Positions 19,960 to 30,175 of a DNA stretch of 64,000 bases are shown here, one piece after another (within the stretch, counting starts at the first letter, position 1; each line of letters begins with the position of its first letter). The notes under the pieces were generated by a model. It had not been told where the DNA came from. It did no database searches and saw only the letters and a list, made by a program, of their open reading frames with translations. Both the position numbers and the translations under genes were made by a program. Origin of the DNA: an uncultured delta proteobacterium (GTDB lineage Bacteria > Myxococcota_A > Polyangia > Polyangiales > JAFGIB01); the NCBI GenBank assembly GCA_963778655.1, contig CAVZVA010000010.1, positions 96,001 through 160,000 on the forward strand, read 5' to 3'.

Positions 19960-21430
19960 GCTGCTCGCCTTCTGCGCCCTGGCGGTGGCCGGAGCGAGCT
20001 GCTCGGCCAACCGCTCGTCGGAATCGGAATTCGGAGGCGAAACCCATTGGCTTGCGGCCTGCGCCGCGGACGACGAGTGCCAGAGCGCGGACCTGAGCTG
20101 CACCTGCGGCACGTGCACGCGCGCGTGCTCGGGCGATGCGGCTGGCGCAGGCGGCGGCGGGGCGGCGTGCGTCGACACGAGCTCGCCGCTGTTGGTGCAG
20201 CGCTGCAAAGGCCGCGGCGCGAGCAGCCTGCCTGCGGTGTGCCTGGCGAGCTGCACCGGCAACGCCGACTGCGGCCGCGGCCGCGCGTGCGTGCAGCACA
20301 CGTGCGTGCCCGCGGCGGTGCCGGACGCGGGGGCTGCGAGCCCGGGCGCGGACGCGGACGCGGGATTGAGCATCAGCGATTTCAACAGCGTGAGCGACAG
20401 CCTGTCCTGGGCCGATGCGGTCACCGTGCCCGCGCCGCAGCTAGCGATCGCGGGCGCGGACGACCGCATCATCGGCACTTGGAACGAGGTGAACTGCGAT
20501 GTGACGCAGGCGAGCAGCGACCCAGCTCCACAAGAGCGCCTGGATGCCCTACACGGCTGCCTGAGCCTTTCGATCGAGCGCGCCGCCTCCGGCGAGGTGA
20601 CAGGCAGCGTGGCCGTGCACCGGCCGGCCTTCGATCCGACCAGGAGTCCCCAATTCGTGAACGGACCGTTTAGCCCTCCGGATCCGGACGTCGGCTACCC
20701 GATTGGGGTCGATCCCGCGGACTACGAGCAGGTCATGGCGGACATGGCGGGCGAAGCTCGCTATCGCATGCTCGACGCCCACTTCGATGGCGTCACGCTG
20801 ACGCTTGCCTGGTCCGGGTACGACCTGTGGCACGACTGGTGTCAGCTGCAAAAGTCTTACCCCTGGGAGGTTGGAGGCCACTCACTCTTCTTTTGCGCGC
20901 CCCAAGACGAGGCCGGGCAGGCCGCCATAGACAGGGGCAAGCTTGCGCTCTGCACCTCGCCTGCCTTTTTGCCCCAGTCCTGTCCGAGACGCTGGAGCCC
21001 GCTGGAGCCCCGGGTGGTGGGCTGCGGTGGCAAGACGCGTGTTGTCATTTTGAAGTACGAAATCGACGGCGCGTCTGGACGGGCCACGCTCGTGGCCGTG
21101 GCTCCGAAACCGCACGAGGGTGATGACTGCCTCCGCAACGCCGTGAGGCGTCTGTGCTTTCGGCCCTTCCGGGCACCGCGCTTCATGGTGATGTTCCCTT
21201 ACAAGGCGAGTCACGGGCGACCGACAACAGTCAAGGCCGAAGGAACCATCACGCCCTCGACTCCCGAGGCTGCGGACTGCCTCTTGTGGGACGGAACCAT
21301 GACGCCGGTGCTCCAAGAAGCCGCGGCAACCCGACGTTGTGCTGGCTGCCTTGGGGGAAGCGGCGCTGATGCGGTGCACACGGGACCGGAAGCCCTCGGG
21401 TCGGCTGTCGCTTCGGCTCACGTTCGATAG
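19940..21430 (+). CDS. Cys-rich lipoprotein with a probably chimeric C-terminus
   Basis: GASC lipobox, GETHWLAAC and Cys repeats; sequence character changes after about 20970. Confidence 0.6.
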   Translation: MRKRWSELLAFCALAVAGASCSANRSSESEFGGETHWLAACAADDECQSADLSCTCGTCTRACSGDAAGAGGGGAACVDTSSPLLVQRCKGRGASSLPAVCLASCTGNADCGRGRACVQHTCVPAAVPDAGAASPGADADAGLSISDFNSVSDSLSWADAVTVPAPQLAIAGADDRIIGTWNEVNCDVTQASSDPAPQERLDALHGCLSLSIERAASGEVTGSVAVHRPAFDPTRSPQFVNGPFSPPDPDVGYPIGVDPADYEQVMADMAGEARYRMLDAHFDGVTLTLAWSGYDLWHDWCQLQKSYPWEVGGHSLFFCAPQDEAGQAAIDRGKLALCTSPAFLPQSCPRRWSPLEPRVVGCGGKTRVVILKYEIDGASGRATLVAVAPKPHEGDDCLRNAVRRLCFRPFRAPRFMVMFPYKASHGRPTTVKAEGTITPSTPEAADCLLWDGTMTPVLQEAAATRRCAGCLGGSGADAVHTGPEALGSAVASAHVR

Positions 21431-21624
21431 CGCTGGCGTCGTGGTTTCCGCGGAGCTTTGAACGGCGTCCTGTTCGACGCCGTACGCGATTGTCTGCTGC
21501 GTGAAGCGCAGACCTGGAGATGGCCCGGCAAACGTGGGGGGAACATTGACGTGATCATCGACATTTCCCGTCCTCGAGGGCGGATCCGTGGTTTCCGCTT
21601 TACGGACCCTTGAGGGCCCGACTG

Positions 21625-21826
21625 CAGAGCTCGACGAGCAAGCGAGCGCGCTGACCGCGCTGCTCTCTGGTCGCCGCCGCCCACGTCCGCGCACCAAGAC
21701 CAAGGCCAGGGCCGATGCGCTACCGGTGCGGTATCATGTGGACGTGCAGGAGACCTGACGCGTGCTGGCGAGGGCATGGAGCGGAAGCGAGAAACGTAGG
21801 TTATCGAAGTATCGCGGACCCCATTT
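21625..21826 (+). mobile_element. Right half of the RAYT-derived miniature element
   Basis: Closely matches 54448-54653 and ends TATCGAAGTATCGCGGACCCCATTT. Confidence 0.8.
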
Positions 21827-21839
21827 GCCGGAGGGTCCG

Positions 21840-22136
21840 ATGCCCGAAAGCTCGATCACCACCCCGCGGCTCGTGTTGCCGGCTTTCGCCGGGGCCAATA
21901 CCTCAGCCCGACGAACAATCCGTGCCAGCGCTACACCCGAGCCAGCGCTCGTCGCCGCAAGCCCCTTGCGCCGAAGGTAGCTCGACCACCACACCAGATT
22001 CTTCGCCGAGTAGCCCTTGCCCTCGCAGAACTCCCGCGACCGCTGGCCGCTCGCACGCCACTGCCGCACCCGATTCGCCCACTCTACTGCTTTCGTCATG
22101 CACCACAGCGTGTGGCGTGAACGACGCCGCAGCTAC
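21840..22136 (-). mobile_element. tnpA: IS66 left end and truncated tnpA
   Basis: MTKAVEWANRVRQWRASGQRSREFCEGKGYS..LVWW; GTAGCTGCGGCGTCG upstream resembles an IS66 terminus. Confidence 0.75.
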
Positions 22137-22169
22137 ACGGAGGCGTGAAGCGGATACACCATCCCAAGG

Positions 22170-22569
22170 GATGGCGCTCACGGCGCGTGCCCATGACGAA
22201 CCGACTCGCAGCGGCGCTGCGGGACAACCGCCACCTGCGCGGCGAGCGCGTGCTCTACCGTAACGATGGCAAGCCGTTCACGCGGCAGACGCTGCGCAAG
22301 CTCCTGATGCAGGCGGAGCCCCGCGCGGACCTCGCGCCCAAGGGCGCGGTCCACAAGCTGCGCCACACGTTTTGCAGCCAACGATGCGGGACGCACCCGC
22401 TCGCGCCATCCAGGAGCTCGCCGGTCATCGCGACCTGGCGACGACCCAACGCTACATGCACCTGTCGCCAGCGGCGACGCAGAGCGCAATCCGGTTGCTC
22501 GAAGACCCGGCCGCGCTACCTGGCCGTGGAGACATTCTGGAGACGGGCGGAGTCGCCCGAGAAAGCTGA
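22170..22569 (+). pseudogene. Tyrosine integrase C-terminal remnant, frameshifted
   Basis: RRVPMT...VHKLRHTFCS and IQELAGHRDLATTQRYMHL. Confidence 0.85.
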
Positions 22570-22588
22570 GGCAAATCGGCTAGATAGC

Positions 22589-22632
22589 AGAGCGGGAGAA
22601 GGGATTCGAACCCTCGACGTCAACCTTGGCAA
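22589..22632 (-). other. tRNA-Gly(GCC) 3'-half fragment (att site)
   Basis: Reverse complement TTGCCAAGGTTGACGTCGAGGGTTCGAATCCCTTCTCCCGCTCT has the anticodon, T-arm and acceptor 3' strand; 5' half absent. Confidence 0.85.
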
Positions 22633-22822
22633 TAGCATTAGGTTCCCGGAATCATTCGCAAAACCAGCAATATCAACGCGGCTCGCACACGGATGGGCCA
22701 CGTACGGGAACACAAGATCACGAAGCCAGGAGTCGAGCCGTTGGGCTGCGTTGGGTCCGGGAACGGGGAGCAAGCCACCGCGTCCTGACGACGGCACGCG
22801 CTCTGGTGCTACCATGTGAGTC

Positions 22823-23059
22823 ATGGCGGAGGAACGTACGCGGGAGCAGCGGCGAGCTGCACGGGCTTCGTGGCCGGTGAACGCGCATCCGCTCGGCGAG
22901 GAGCCCGGCGACACGCTCCTGGCGGCCACGACGGTGCAGCAACGGCTGGCCATGGTCTGGAGGCTCACGCAGGATGCCTGGGCGTCCGCCGGCCGTCGCA
23001 TCCCCGAGTACCGTCGAAGCGAAGCACCCGGGCGCGTGATCCGCTCTGGCGATGTCTGA
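22823..23059 (+). CDS. Small hypothetical protein, putative partner of the nucleotidyltransferase
   Basis: 78 aa, TVQQRLAMVWRLT motif, overlaps the NTase start. Confidence 0.65.
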   Translation: MAEERTREQRRAARASWPVNAHPLGEEPGDTLLAATTVQQRLAMVWRLTQDAWASAGRRIPEYRRSEAPGRVIRSGDV

Positions 23060-23525
23060 GGGGCCCGACCTCAACGAGGACTTCCGCGACATGCTGGAAG
23101 CGCTCGTCGACGCCAAGGTGCAGTTCTTGATTGTGGGCGCCCATGCATTGGCCGTCCACGGTCTGCCTCGCGCAACGGGCGACATCGACCTGCTAGTCAA
23201 GCCCACGCCCGACAACGCGACACGCGTCATCGAAGCGCTTCGGGCCTTCGGCGCACCGATCGATGCCCACGGTCTGTCGAGCGCGGACTTCACGACACCC
23301 GGAACCGTTTACCAGGTCGGCTTGCCTCCACGGCGAATCGATCTACTCACGGAAATCACTGGCGTGCCCTTCGATGAGGCCTGGCGCGACCGCGTGCACA
23401 CCACCATCGCGGGACTCGAGATCGACGTGCTCGGGCGGCAGTCCCTGTTGCGCAACAAGCGCGCGACGGGCCGGCCCAAGGACTTGGTTGACGTCGCTGC
23501 ACTGAGCGAGGACGACGAAGGGTAG
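23052..23525 (+). CDS. Nucleotidyltransferase (DUF6036-like), putative TA component
   Basis: IVGAHALAVHG..RATGDIDL (G...DxD), RIDLL and NKRATGRPKDLVD. Confidence 0.85.
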   Translation: MSEGPDLNEDFRDMLEALVDAKVQFLIVGAHALAVHGLPRATGDIDLLVKPTPDNATRVIEALRAFGAPIDAHGLSSADFTTPGTVYQVGLPPRRIDLLTEITGVPFDEAWRDRVHTTIAGLEIDVLGRQSLLRNKRATGRPKDLVDVAALSEDDEG

Positions 23526-23637
23526 CGAGCCGCGCGGCCGCGGCTACGGCGCTGAGGATCGCGTATTGGTGCCATGTGGCTGACCACTCTGATCCGAGGA
23601 ACACGCGCGACGTGCTCACCACGGCGGCCGCCGGCCT

Positions 23638-23680
23638 CGTCGTGTCCCACTATTCGATCGAGGGTCCGCGGCGGACGGTA
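23638..23680. repeat. Dispersed repeat of about 45 bp; second copy at 55866-55910
   Basis: CGTCGT(G/A)TCCCACTATTCGATCGAGG is shared, with a similar tail ending CGGTA. Confidence 0.6.
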
Positions 23681-23718
23681 AGAAGCATTGACGCCCCCCT
23701 CGGGTGGTCATCATAACG

Positions 23719-26280
23719 CTACTTCTGCGACACCCCCCCACGGCTGCGCGGCGATACCCCCCCACGGCTGCGGCGACGTCTCACGTCACGCCCGTCGCTT
23801 GCTTGCCGAGCGCGAGCGTCCGCTTCACCGTGGCCACGCTCGGCTTGGTGGCCCGCCAGCCTGCGGGTCGCCAGCGGCAGCAACAGGTAGCAAGCCGCGC
23901 CGACCCCCAGCGTCACGGGCACGCCCCACACCATCGAGCACGCCAGCGCGAGACCGCTCGCGCACACGCCGAAGGCCCCGTTGATCCCCCACAGCCACGG
24001 CCCCAGCCGCGGCGCGGCCCCCGTGCGCGCTGACTCCATCTGCTCGCACAGGCGCAGCCCCAACGGGAAGCACAACCCCATCGCCAGCGACGGCAGCAGC
24101 AGGATGCCCAGGCTCACCGCAATCCGCACCGGCACCGCGGCGTCCTGAAACGGCCGCATCGCCGGCAGCGCCAGCAGCGACGCGAGCGCGACCAGGAGCG
24201 CCGGCAGCAGCGGGTACAGGCGCGCCCAGAGCGGATCGGCCAGCGGCACCCGCGCGCTGAGCAGGCTGCCCACGCCGGTGAACGAGATCAGCCCGCCGAG
24301 CAGCACCGCGAGCGCCAGGGTGGGATGACCGAGGAACACGCTCAGCCGCGAGAGCAGGCCGATCTCCACGAACATGAAGCCGAGCCCGATCAGCGCGAAG
24401 TAGCCGAGCGCCGCGGCCACGTCGCCCCTCGGCAGCGCGCACAGCTCGGACCATCGCGCGCGCATCGGCCACAGCAGCGCCAGCCCGGTCAGCAGTAGGC
24501 TCACCAGCATCGTGTACAGGAGCGACTGGGAGGCGGCGAGGTTGCCGAGGAAGCGCAGGTCGAGCTTGTCGATCTCCTCGCGTCCGAGCAACCAGCTGCG
24601 CGGCCGCAGCATGTTGAAGAAGAACGGGCGGTCGTCGCTGGGCGGCGAGAGATCGAGTAGCTGCGCGTCGGCGAACTGCGCGAGCGCCTGGGGCGACGGC
24701 TGCGCGAGCAGCTCGCGCAGCAGCGGCTGATCGGGCAGCGCGCGCGGCGTCGCCAGCAGGCCGAAGCCACGCTGCGCGGCGACGCGCTCGATCAAGTCGA
24801 GGTCGGCCGCCGAGTACGGGCTGCGGCACAACAGCAGCGTCGCCACCAGACCGTTCTGCAGCACCACAATGTGCGCGCGCGGATCCTTCGCCCCGCTCTC
24901 CCACAGCGTGGCGAGCGCGAGCGAGAGCATGCGCGCGGTCTCGCCCGGATTCTCGGCGTAGTAAAAGCGCGATACCGAGAAGATGCCGCGCTTGGTCAGC
25001 CGCCGCATGAACGTGTGCCACGCCTCGAGCGTGTAGAGCCCGTTCTCGGAGAGGCTGTAGGCGCCGGTGCCGGTGGCCGCCCAGGTGTCGGTCAGCGACA
25101 TCGCGATCGCGGTGTAATGCCGACGATCATGGGCGAGGAAGCTGCGCGCTTCGTCGTGGACCAGGGTCACGCCGGGCAGATCGGCGAGGCCCGAGAAGCT
25201 GCGCAGGAAGCCGGTGTGCGCATCGACGATCAGCCCGTTCAGCTCGACGCCCACGACCGGTTGGTGACCGGCGCGCGCGGCCGCGAGCACGTCGCGGCCG
25301 CCGCCCACGCCGATCACCGCCGCAGGGCCGTGCGGCCGGATCTGGTGCACCGCCGCGGTCAACTCATAGTCGAGATAGGCGTGCGCTTTGAGCCCCGACC
25401 CGAGCTCGCCCATCACCGTGCCGGCGATGCCGTCGATCACCAACTGGCGCTGCCTGAGCGGCGCCATCACCGTGCGGGGCGCGTTCCGGCCCATCGCCCA
25501 AAAAAAGGGCGGACCGGTGACCACCTTTTCGATGCTGACGCGTGAGTAGCTGTTCCAGCGTATCGAGTCGAAGTGCGCGACGTCTTCGTGCATGCCCTTC
25601 ACCCACGCGGGCCGTAGCGGCGGGAAGGGCTGGCTCGCGTTGGCGAGCGTGAGGCCGAGCAGGCCGAGTCCGACCCAGACCGGCGCGCGCAGCTTGCGGC
25701 CCGCCGCGCCGGCGAAGAGCGCGGCGGCGAGCGCGGCGAGCGCGGCCGCCAGCAGCGCCGCGCTTGGCGCGTCGAGCAGCGCGAGCACCGGGATCACCAG
25801 CGCGCAGCCGCTGGCAGCGCCGAGCAGATCGACGCCGTACGCGCGGCCGGCCGGCAGCCCCGCCCGGGTCAGGGCGAGGGTCAGCGCGACCCCGGCCATC
25901 GCGAACGGCAGCGCCAGCGCGAGCCCGTTGCCCATCAGCGCGACGAAGTCCATCAGGCTCGCCCCCTGCACGAGCGGGTACGCGAGCGCGAGCGCGAGGC
26001 AGAGGGGGATCACCAGCGCGAAGCCCAGCGCGCTCTCCGCCAGCCGGCGCGGGACGTCGGCGGCGGTGAACCAGCCGGGCTGCAGGAACACCAGCACCGC
26101 CCCTGCCGTCAGCCCGAGCATGGCGAGCGAGATCACGAAGAAGGCCAGGTAATACCAGGCCATCACGCTGGTGATGCGAGTGAGCAAGACCTCCAGCATC
26201 AAGGTGGCGAGCGCGAGCACGAAGATGCCCGCATAAGTGAGCGCACTGCCACGACCGGACGCCTGCGAAGGAAGCGACAT
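23719..26280 (-). CDS. Spermidine-synthase-like membrane protein (TM domain + class I SAM domain + TM domain)
   Basis: Multiple TMs, WNSYSRV, IDG, VIGVGGGRDV, GVELN, DEARSF, ENGLYT, DDRPFFF and WGING. Confidence 0.85.
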   Translation of the reverse strand: MSLPSQASGRGSALTYAGIFVLALATLMLEVLLTRITSVMAWYYLAFFVISLAMLGLTAGAVLVFLQPGWFTAADVPRRLAESALGFALVIPLCLALALAYPLVQGASLMDFVALMGNGLALALPFAMAGVALTLALTRAGLPAGRAYGVDLLGAASGCALVIPVLALLDAPSAALLAAALAALAAALFAGAAGRKLRAPVWVGLGLLGLTLANASQPFPPLRPAWVKGMHEDVAHFDSIRWNSYSRVSIEKVVTGPPFFWAMGRNAPRTVMAPLRQRQLVIDGIAGTVMGELGSGLKAHAYLDYELTAAVHQIRPHGPAAVIGVGGGRDVLAAARAGHQPVVGVELNGLIVDAHTGFLRSFSGLADLPGVTLVHDEARSFLAHDRRHYTAIAMSLTDTWAATGTGAYSLSENGLYTLEAWHTFMRRLTKRGIFSVSRFYYAENPGETARMLSLALATLWESGAKDPRAHIVVLQNGLVATLLLCRSPYSAADLDLIERVAAQRGFGLLATPRALPDQPLLRELLAQPSPQALAQFADAQLLDLSPPSDDRPFFFNMLRPRSWLLGREEIDKLDLRFLGNLAASQSLLYTMLVSLLLTGLALLWPMRARWSELCALPRGDVAAALGYFALIGLGFMFVEIGLLSRLSVFLGHPTLALAVLLGGLISFTGVGSLLSARVPLADPLWARLYPLLPALLVALASLLALPAMRPFQDAAVPVRIAVSLGILLLPSLAMGLCFPLGLRLCEQMESARTGAAPRLGPWLWGINGAFGVCASGLALACSMVWGVPVTLGVGAACYLLLPLATRRLAGHQAERGHGEADARARQASDGRDVRRRRSRGGVSPRSRGGVSQK

Positions 26281-26530
26281 CGATGGGGCGGAACGCTAGC
26301 CGCGATCGAGGCAGCCTGGCAATCATCGTTGCAGGTTGCGTGGGCGATGAAGGCGCGTTGAACATTCCGCCGCGACGGAAAGGGGCCGGAAAAGGGCCGC
26401 CAGGCCGAGCTGTCAGCGGGTGAGCGAGGTCGACGGGGGTGGAAAGTGGTGCTTCGTACCGGCTATGCGCCACCCTGGGACAGGAACCCGGTGCCCAATC
26501 ACCCCTTCATCAGCGACGCGTTCCCGGGTA

Positions 26531-26645
26531 AGCGGATGTCGCGCACCGTCATCCCGCGTGCATACATCGAGAGGATCTTGTCGTCGAACCCGTCGAAGTG
26601 GCGCTGGTGTTTGGGGATCAGCTGCGGCTCGAAACTGCCGTCCCC
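26531..26645 (-). mobile_element. IS256 family transposase fragment
   Basis: Minus strand reads [36 protein letters not shown]. Confidence 0.8.
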
Positions 26646-26751
26646 CTGGGAGATGCGCCGCGTTTCGCCCGCGCCCAAACCGATGCATTCCCGAATGCCT
26701 TCGTTCCCTCGACAGAGGGGGCCCGTTCGCTTCTGGCGCTTGTCCCCGCAC

Positions 26752-27126
26752 TCACACGCGAAACAGGCGTACCGCCGGGAAGCAGCGCCGCAGGCGTTCG
26801 AGGTCTTCGATGTCGGAGGTGAAGACAGCGTCCCCGCGTTGCGCGGCCGAGGCCATGACGATGGCGTCGATCGCAGTCGCTCCTGTGACGGAGGCGAGCG
26901 CCTCGCCCGCGATCTTCGCGAGCCGCGCGTCGACGGGCTCCACGCTGATGCGCGCCAGAAGCAGACGTGAGCGCTTGGTGTCGGCGCGCCACCACTCCGT
27001 GATGACGGGCGCTGGCACGGTGATGACGGCGCGTCGCTCCTGTGCGGCGAGCAGGACGGTGCGCATTCGCTTCTCGCCGCGCTCGAGAGCGATCAGCGCG
27101 CCCGTATCGAAGGTGAGCGCAGCCAA
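26752..27126 (-). CDS. vapC: PIN-domain (VapC-like) toxin
   Basis: FDTGALIA...VITE...IDAIV...TSD..D acidic PIN residues. Confidence 0.85.
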   Translation of the reverse strand: MAALTFDTGALIALERGEKRMRTVLLAAQERRAVITVPAPVITEWWRADTKRSRLLLARISVEPVDARLAKIAGEALASVTGATAIDAIVMASAAQRGDAVFTSDIEDLERLRRCFPAVRLFRV

Positions 27127-27129
27127 AGG

Positions 27130-27390
27130 TCAGCCCGCGGACTTCCGGCGCGTCGCTTTGCGTCTGGACGTCCAGCCAAGCTCGGCGTGTACGGCTTCGA
27201 CGTCCGCCGCGGTGATGTCACCCGTGCCCAGCTCCGCGAGGAGCCTCATGCCGGCCTCGGCCTGCCGCTGCCGCAGCAGCGCTTCGGAGACCACGGCCGA
27301 CAGGCTCGTGCCCCGCAGCCGAGCGCGCTTGCGCGCCCAGGCCAGGTCTTCCCGGCTGACCGAGACGCTGACCTTCTCCGCCATCGACAT
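27130..27390 (-). CDS. Ribbon-helix-helix antitoxin (VapB-like)
   Basis: KVSVSVSREDLAWAR...SLSAVVSEAL, immediately upstream of the PIN gene. Confidence 0.75.
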   Translation of the reverse strand: MSMAEKVSVSVSREDLAWARKRARLRGTSLSAVVSEALLRQRQAEAGMRLLAELGTGDITAADVEAVHAELGWTSRRKATRRKSAG

Positions 27391-28411
27391 CGTGATCTTC
27401 CTACCATGGTAGGAATCGACGGGCAAGCTGCTCGCGGAGATGCTCGCCCCCGCGCTGAAAGCGCTCGCGTGGTTCCGCGGCAATCCGATTCCGGATCGCG
27501 GATACGAAGCCGACGTCGAAGCACCGGCAATCACCCGAATACGTCTGCGCCAGCACGTGAACGCGACGCCGCGCTTCTGCTCGAGCGTGTCCACCGAGAC
27601 CATCCGTCCATGCTGCCATCGCCGGCCACCGTGAAGTTGTCCATGGTGACGCACTGGCGGGCCAGGCGGTGGTGGGCCGGCGTGAGGCGGCAGCATTGAG
27701 CTCGCCGCCCGGCCGCACGGATGTGCAACGTTCCATCTGAATTGACGAGTTATGCCCTGTACTTCGACTGGGCCGGTGAGCGCCTCGACGACGCCGAGCG
27801 TGAGCGTCTGGCGCAGGTCGCGCTGGCGGCGCTCGAGAGTTGCGCGCCGCTGTAGCGCCGGTTCATGCGCCCGACCCAGCCCACGCCGGACGTCGAGGCG
27901 GACGCTCCGAGCTCCTTGGGCATACGAGCAACCCCTGGCAGTCGCGCGGCAGCCGGCAACCACCGCGCCGTTGCGCCGAAGGGCGGGAACGCCGTAGCTG
28001 ATGCACTCCGTCGCATCGGGGACGATGGCATGAATCTGCGCGCGGAGATCCTCGAGCGCTCTTCGTCGGTCCGACGGAACACCAACGCGGCGCGGGTGCC
28101 AGGTCGCGCGCCCACCGGCGGCGAAGACTCTGCACGAGCCCGGCTGAAGACCAGCGACAGCGGCGGCCCATCCTTCATCATCGAGGGGCCCTCGTCCGAC
28201 TCATAGCTGTGCACAGCGCTGGCGCTCCGAATCCGAGGGAGGGCTCGCTTGCCGGCGAAATGCCGCGCCGGCGGGAACCCGGTCCTGCGAGGACTCGTCG
28301 CGTGCGGGAGCGTCCGCTGAGCTGCCAGAACCGCCGCCGCCTGGCGCGCCATTGGGTGGATTCCGCCACCATGGCGCGTGCAGGAGCGGAGCCAACTCGG
28401 GAGGCCACGCG

Positions 28412-29410
28412 ATGACCCGGCAAGCAAGCACTCTTCTCGTCCGCCGCGCGGTCGTGCGCGCGTGCGCAGCCACGACGATCCTCGTGGCGCTTTTCGGATG
28501 TTCGTCGACCCGCTCCGGTGGCAGCAACGGCAGCGGTTCCAGCTTCGGCAACGCGCCGGTAAGCGCGAACGCGGGCCAGGGCTCCGGGTCGGGCGCAGGC
28601 AACGGGCTCACCGGGTCGGGCGGGGGCGGTGCTTCGTGCTCGACTCTTGGGGCGGTGCGAAGCTGCTGCGGGTCCGGCACGCAAACCTGCTCGGGTCAGG
28701 TCGAATTCGCGAGTTGGGGGCCGTGCCTCAGTCGCGTGGGCGTGGTGCTGAGCTGTGCCGACACCTGCGCGCAGAGTGAATTCGGCTGCGCCAACACCCC
28801 GCGGCCCGACGGCGGAAGCGGCTGCGCGCCTGGCGAGTTCGGCCCTGGCTGCGACGGCGGCGGCCCGCCTCCGCCTTCGTTGTGCAGCGACAAGAGCATC
28901 AACACCGAGCCCGAAATCCTCGCCGCGTACTCCCCCGCCAGCGGCCAGTCCGTTGGACAGCAGGGCGAGATCAAGGCTTGGATCACGGACGAAGCTCCTG
29001 CGATCATCGGCGCCGGCGAGCAAGTCGATCCGAGCAACGGTCTGATCACGGCACCAGGCGATCGCGCTTCGACGGCACCCGACGGCTACCTGTGGGAGCC
29101 GGCGCTGTACATCGCTCCGGCGACCGCGGAGCGTGGCGGGCAGCCCCACTTCCCGACGTTCATCCGCGGCTGGTACAACAACATAATGCCTGCCGCGGGA
29201 ATGAAGCCCATGAAGGGCACGGGGATCGAAGGCCCCGCAATCGAGTCGCCGCCGGCCGGTACCGTGCTCTCCGACAAGTTCAACAGCGAGGACATCTGGG
29301 AGGTCGGCGACCTCGGCCTCGCTCCCGGCGTCTACCAAGGCGAGTTCGTGATCCACGACGGCGACCTCGACCGCGCGATCGGCTGCGTGACGATCGTGAT
29401 CGCGCCCTGA
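28412..29410 (+). CDS. Cys/Gly-rich lipoprotein
   Basis: GGAGG RBS, LFGC lipobox, Cys-rich N-terminus and a globular C-terminal domain. Confidence 0.75.
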   Translation: MTRQASTLLVRRAVVRACAATTILVALFGCSSTRSGGSNGSGSSFGNAPVSANAGQGSGSGAGNGLTGSGGGGASCSTLGAVRSCCGSGTQTCSGQVEFASWGPCLSRVGVVLSCADTCAQSEFGCANTPRPDGGSGCAPGEFGPGCDGGGPPPPSLCSDKSINTEPEILAAYSPASGQSVGQQGEIKAWITDEAPAIIGAGEQVDPSNGLITAPGDRASTAPDGYLWEPALYIAPATAERGGQPHFPTFIRGWYNNIMPAAGMKPMKGTGIEGPAIESPPAGTVLSDKFNSEDIWEVGDLGLAPGVYQGEFVIHDGDLDRAIGCVTIVIAP

Positions 29411-29554
29411 GCCTGGCGCGAGGCCGGCCGCGCGCGGTGCATTCGAGCCTCGACAAGCGGCCGGCGGGCACGCAGTGCATCATCTCGCCAATATGAAGTG
29501 ATCCGACTTGCGTGCGAGCATGATCAATGACCGCGCTGGTGGCCAATTCGAGGT

Positions 29555-29983
29555 ATGCGGCTTCTACAATACCTGAATGCCCTGATGGTGCTGTCTGCGA
29601 CAGCGTGCGGGATGGACGGCGGTTCGCCCAACCCGAGCTCGGACTCCGGCGCGCCCGTCTCGATCGGCACGACGACCACGCAGCTCGGCACGGTCCTCGT
29701 GGGCACGGACGGGATGTCCCTCTATACGAGAGCCGGCGACAGCGCAACGTTGTCCACGTGCACCGGCTCGTGCGCAATGGCGTGGCCGCCGCTGACTCTT
29801 CCGAAAGGCCAGCAGGCCGTCGGCGCGCCTGGTGTGAACGGGACGTTCGGCGCCCTCGCGCGGCCCGAGGGCACGATCCAAGCCACGTACGATGACCACC
29901 CGCTCTACTACTCGCAGGGTGACACGAGCGCGGGCGACGTGACCGGCAACGGGGTCGACGGCTTCTCCGTCGCCACCCCGTAG
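29555..29983 (+). CDS. COG4315/Lipoprotein_15-repeat secreted lipoprotein
   Basis: GMSLYT...CTGSCAMAWPPL...QATYDDHPLYY..GD..AGDVTGNG. Confidence 0.85.
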   Translation: MRLLQYLNALMVLSATACGMDGGSPNPSSDSGAPVSIGTTTTQLGTVLVGTDGMSLYTRAGDSATLSTCTGSCAMAWPPLTLPKGQQAVGAPGVNGTFGALARPEGTIQATYDDHPLYYSQGDTSAGDVTGNGVDGFSVATP

Positions 29984-30175
29984 GATTGCAAGCTACGGAA
30001 GCGCGATGCCGTCACGCGCAGCGCTCGCAGGCGAGGCCGCGCCATCGAGCATCCGGAGCCGCTTCCTGCAGCGCAACGCAGCCGAGCGCGGTCGTCGACG
30101 CCTTCTACCGGCATGGCTTCTCGATGCTGTAGATTTCGTGATCAAGCAACCCCGAGGTGGCCATATATTAGGGGC

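Noticed and set aside
22560..22680. Functional tRNA-Gly gene (also at 33224)
   Set aside because: Only the anticodon-to-3' part is present; no D-arm or 5' acceptor strand.
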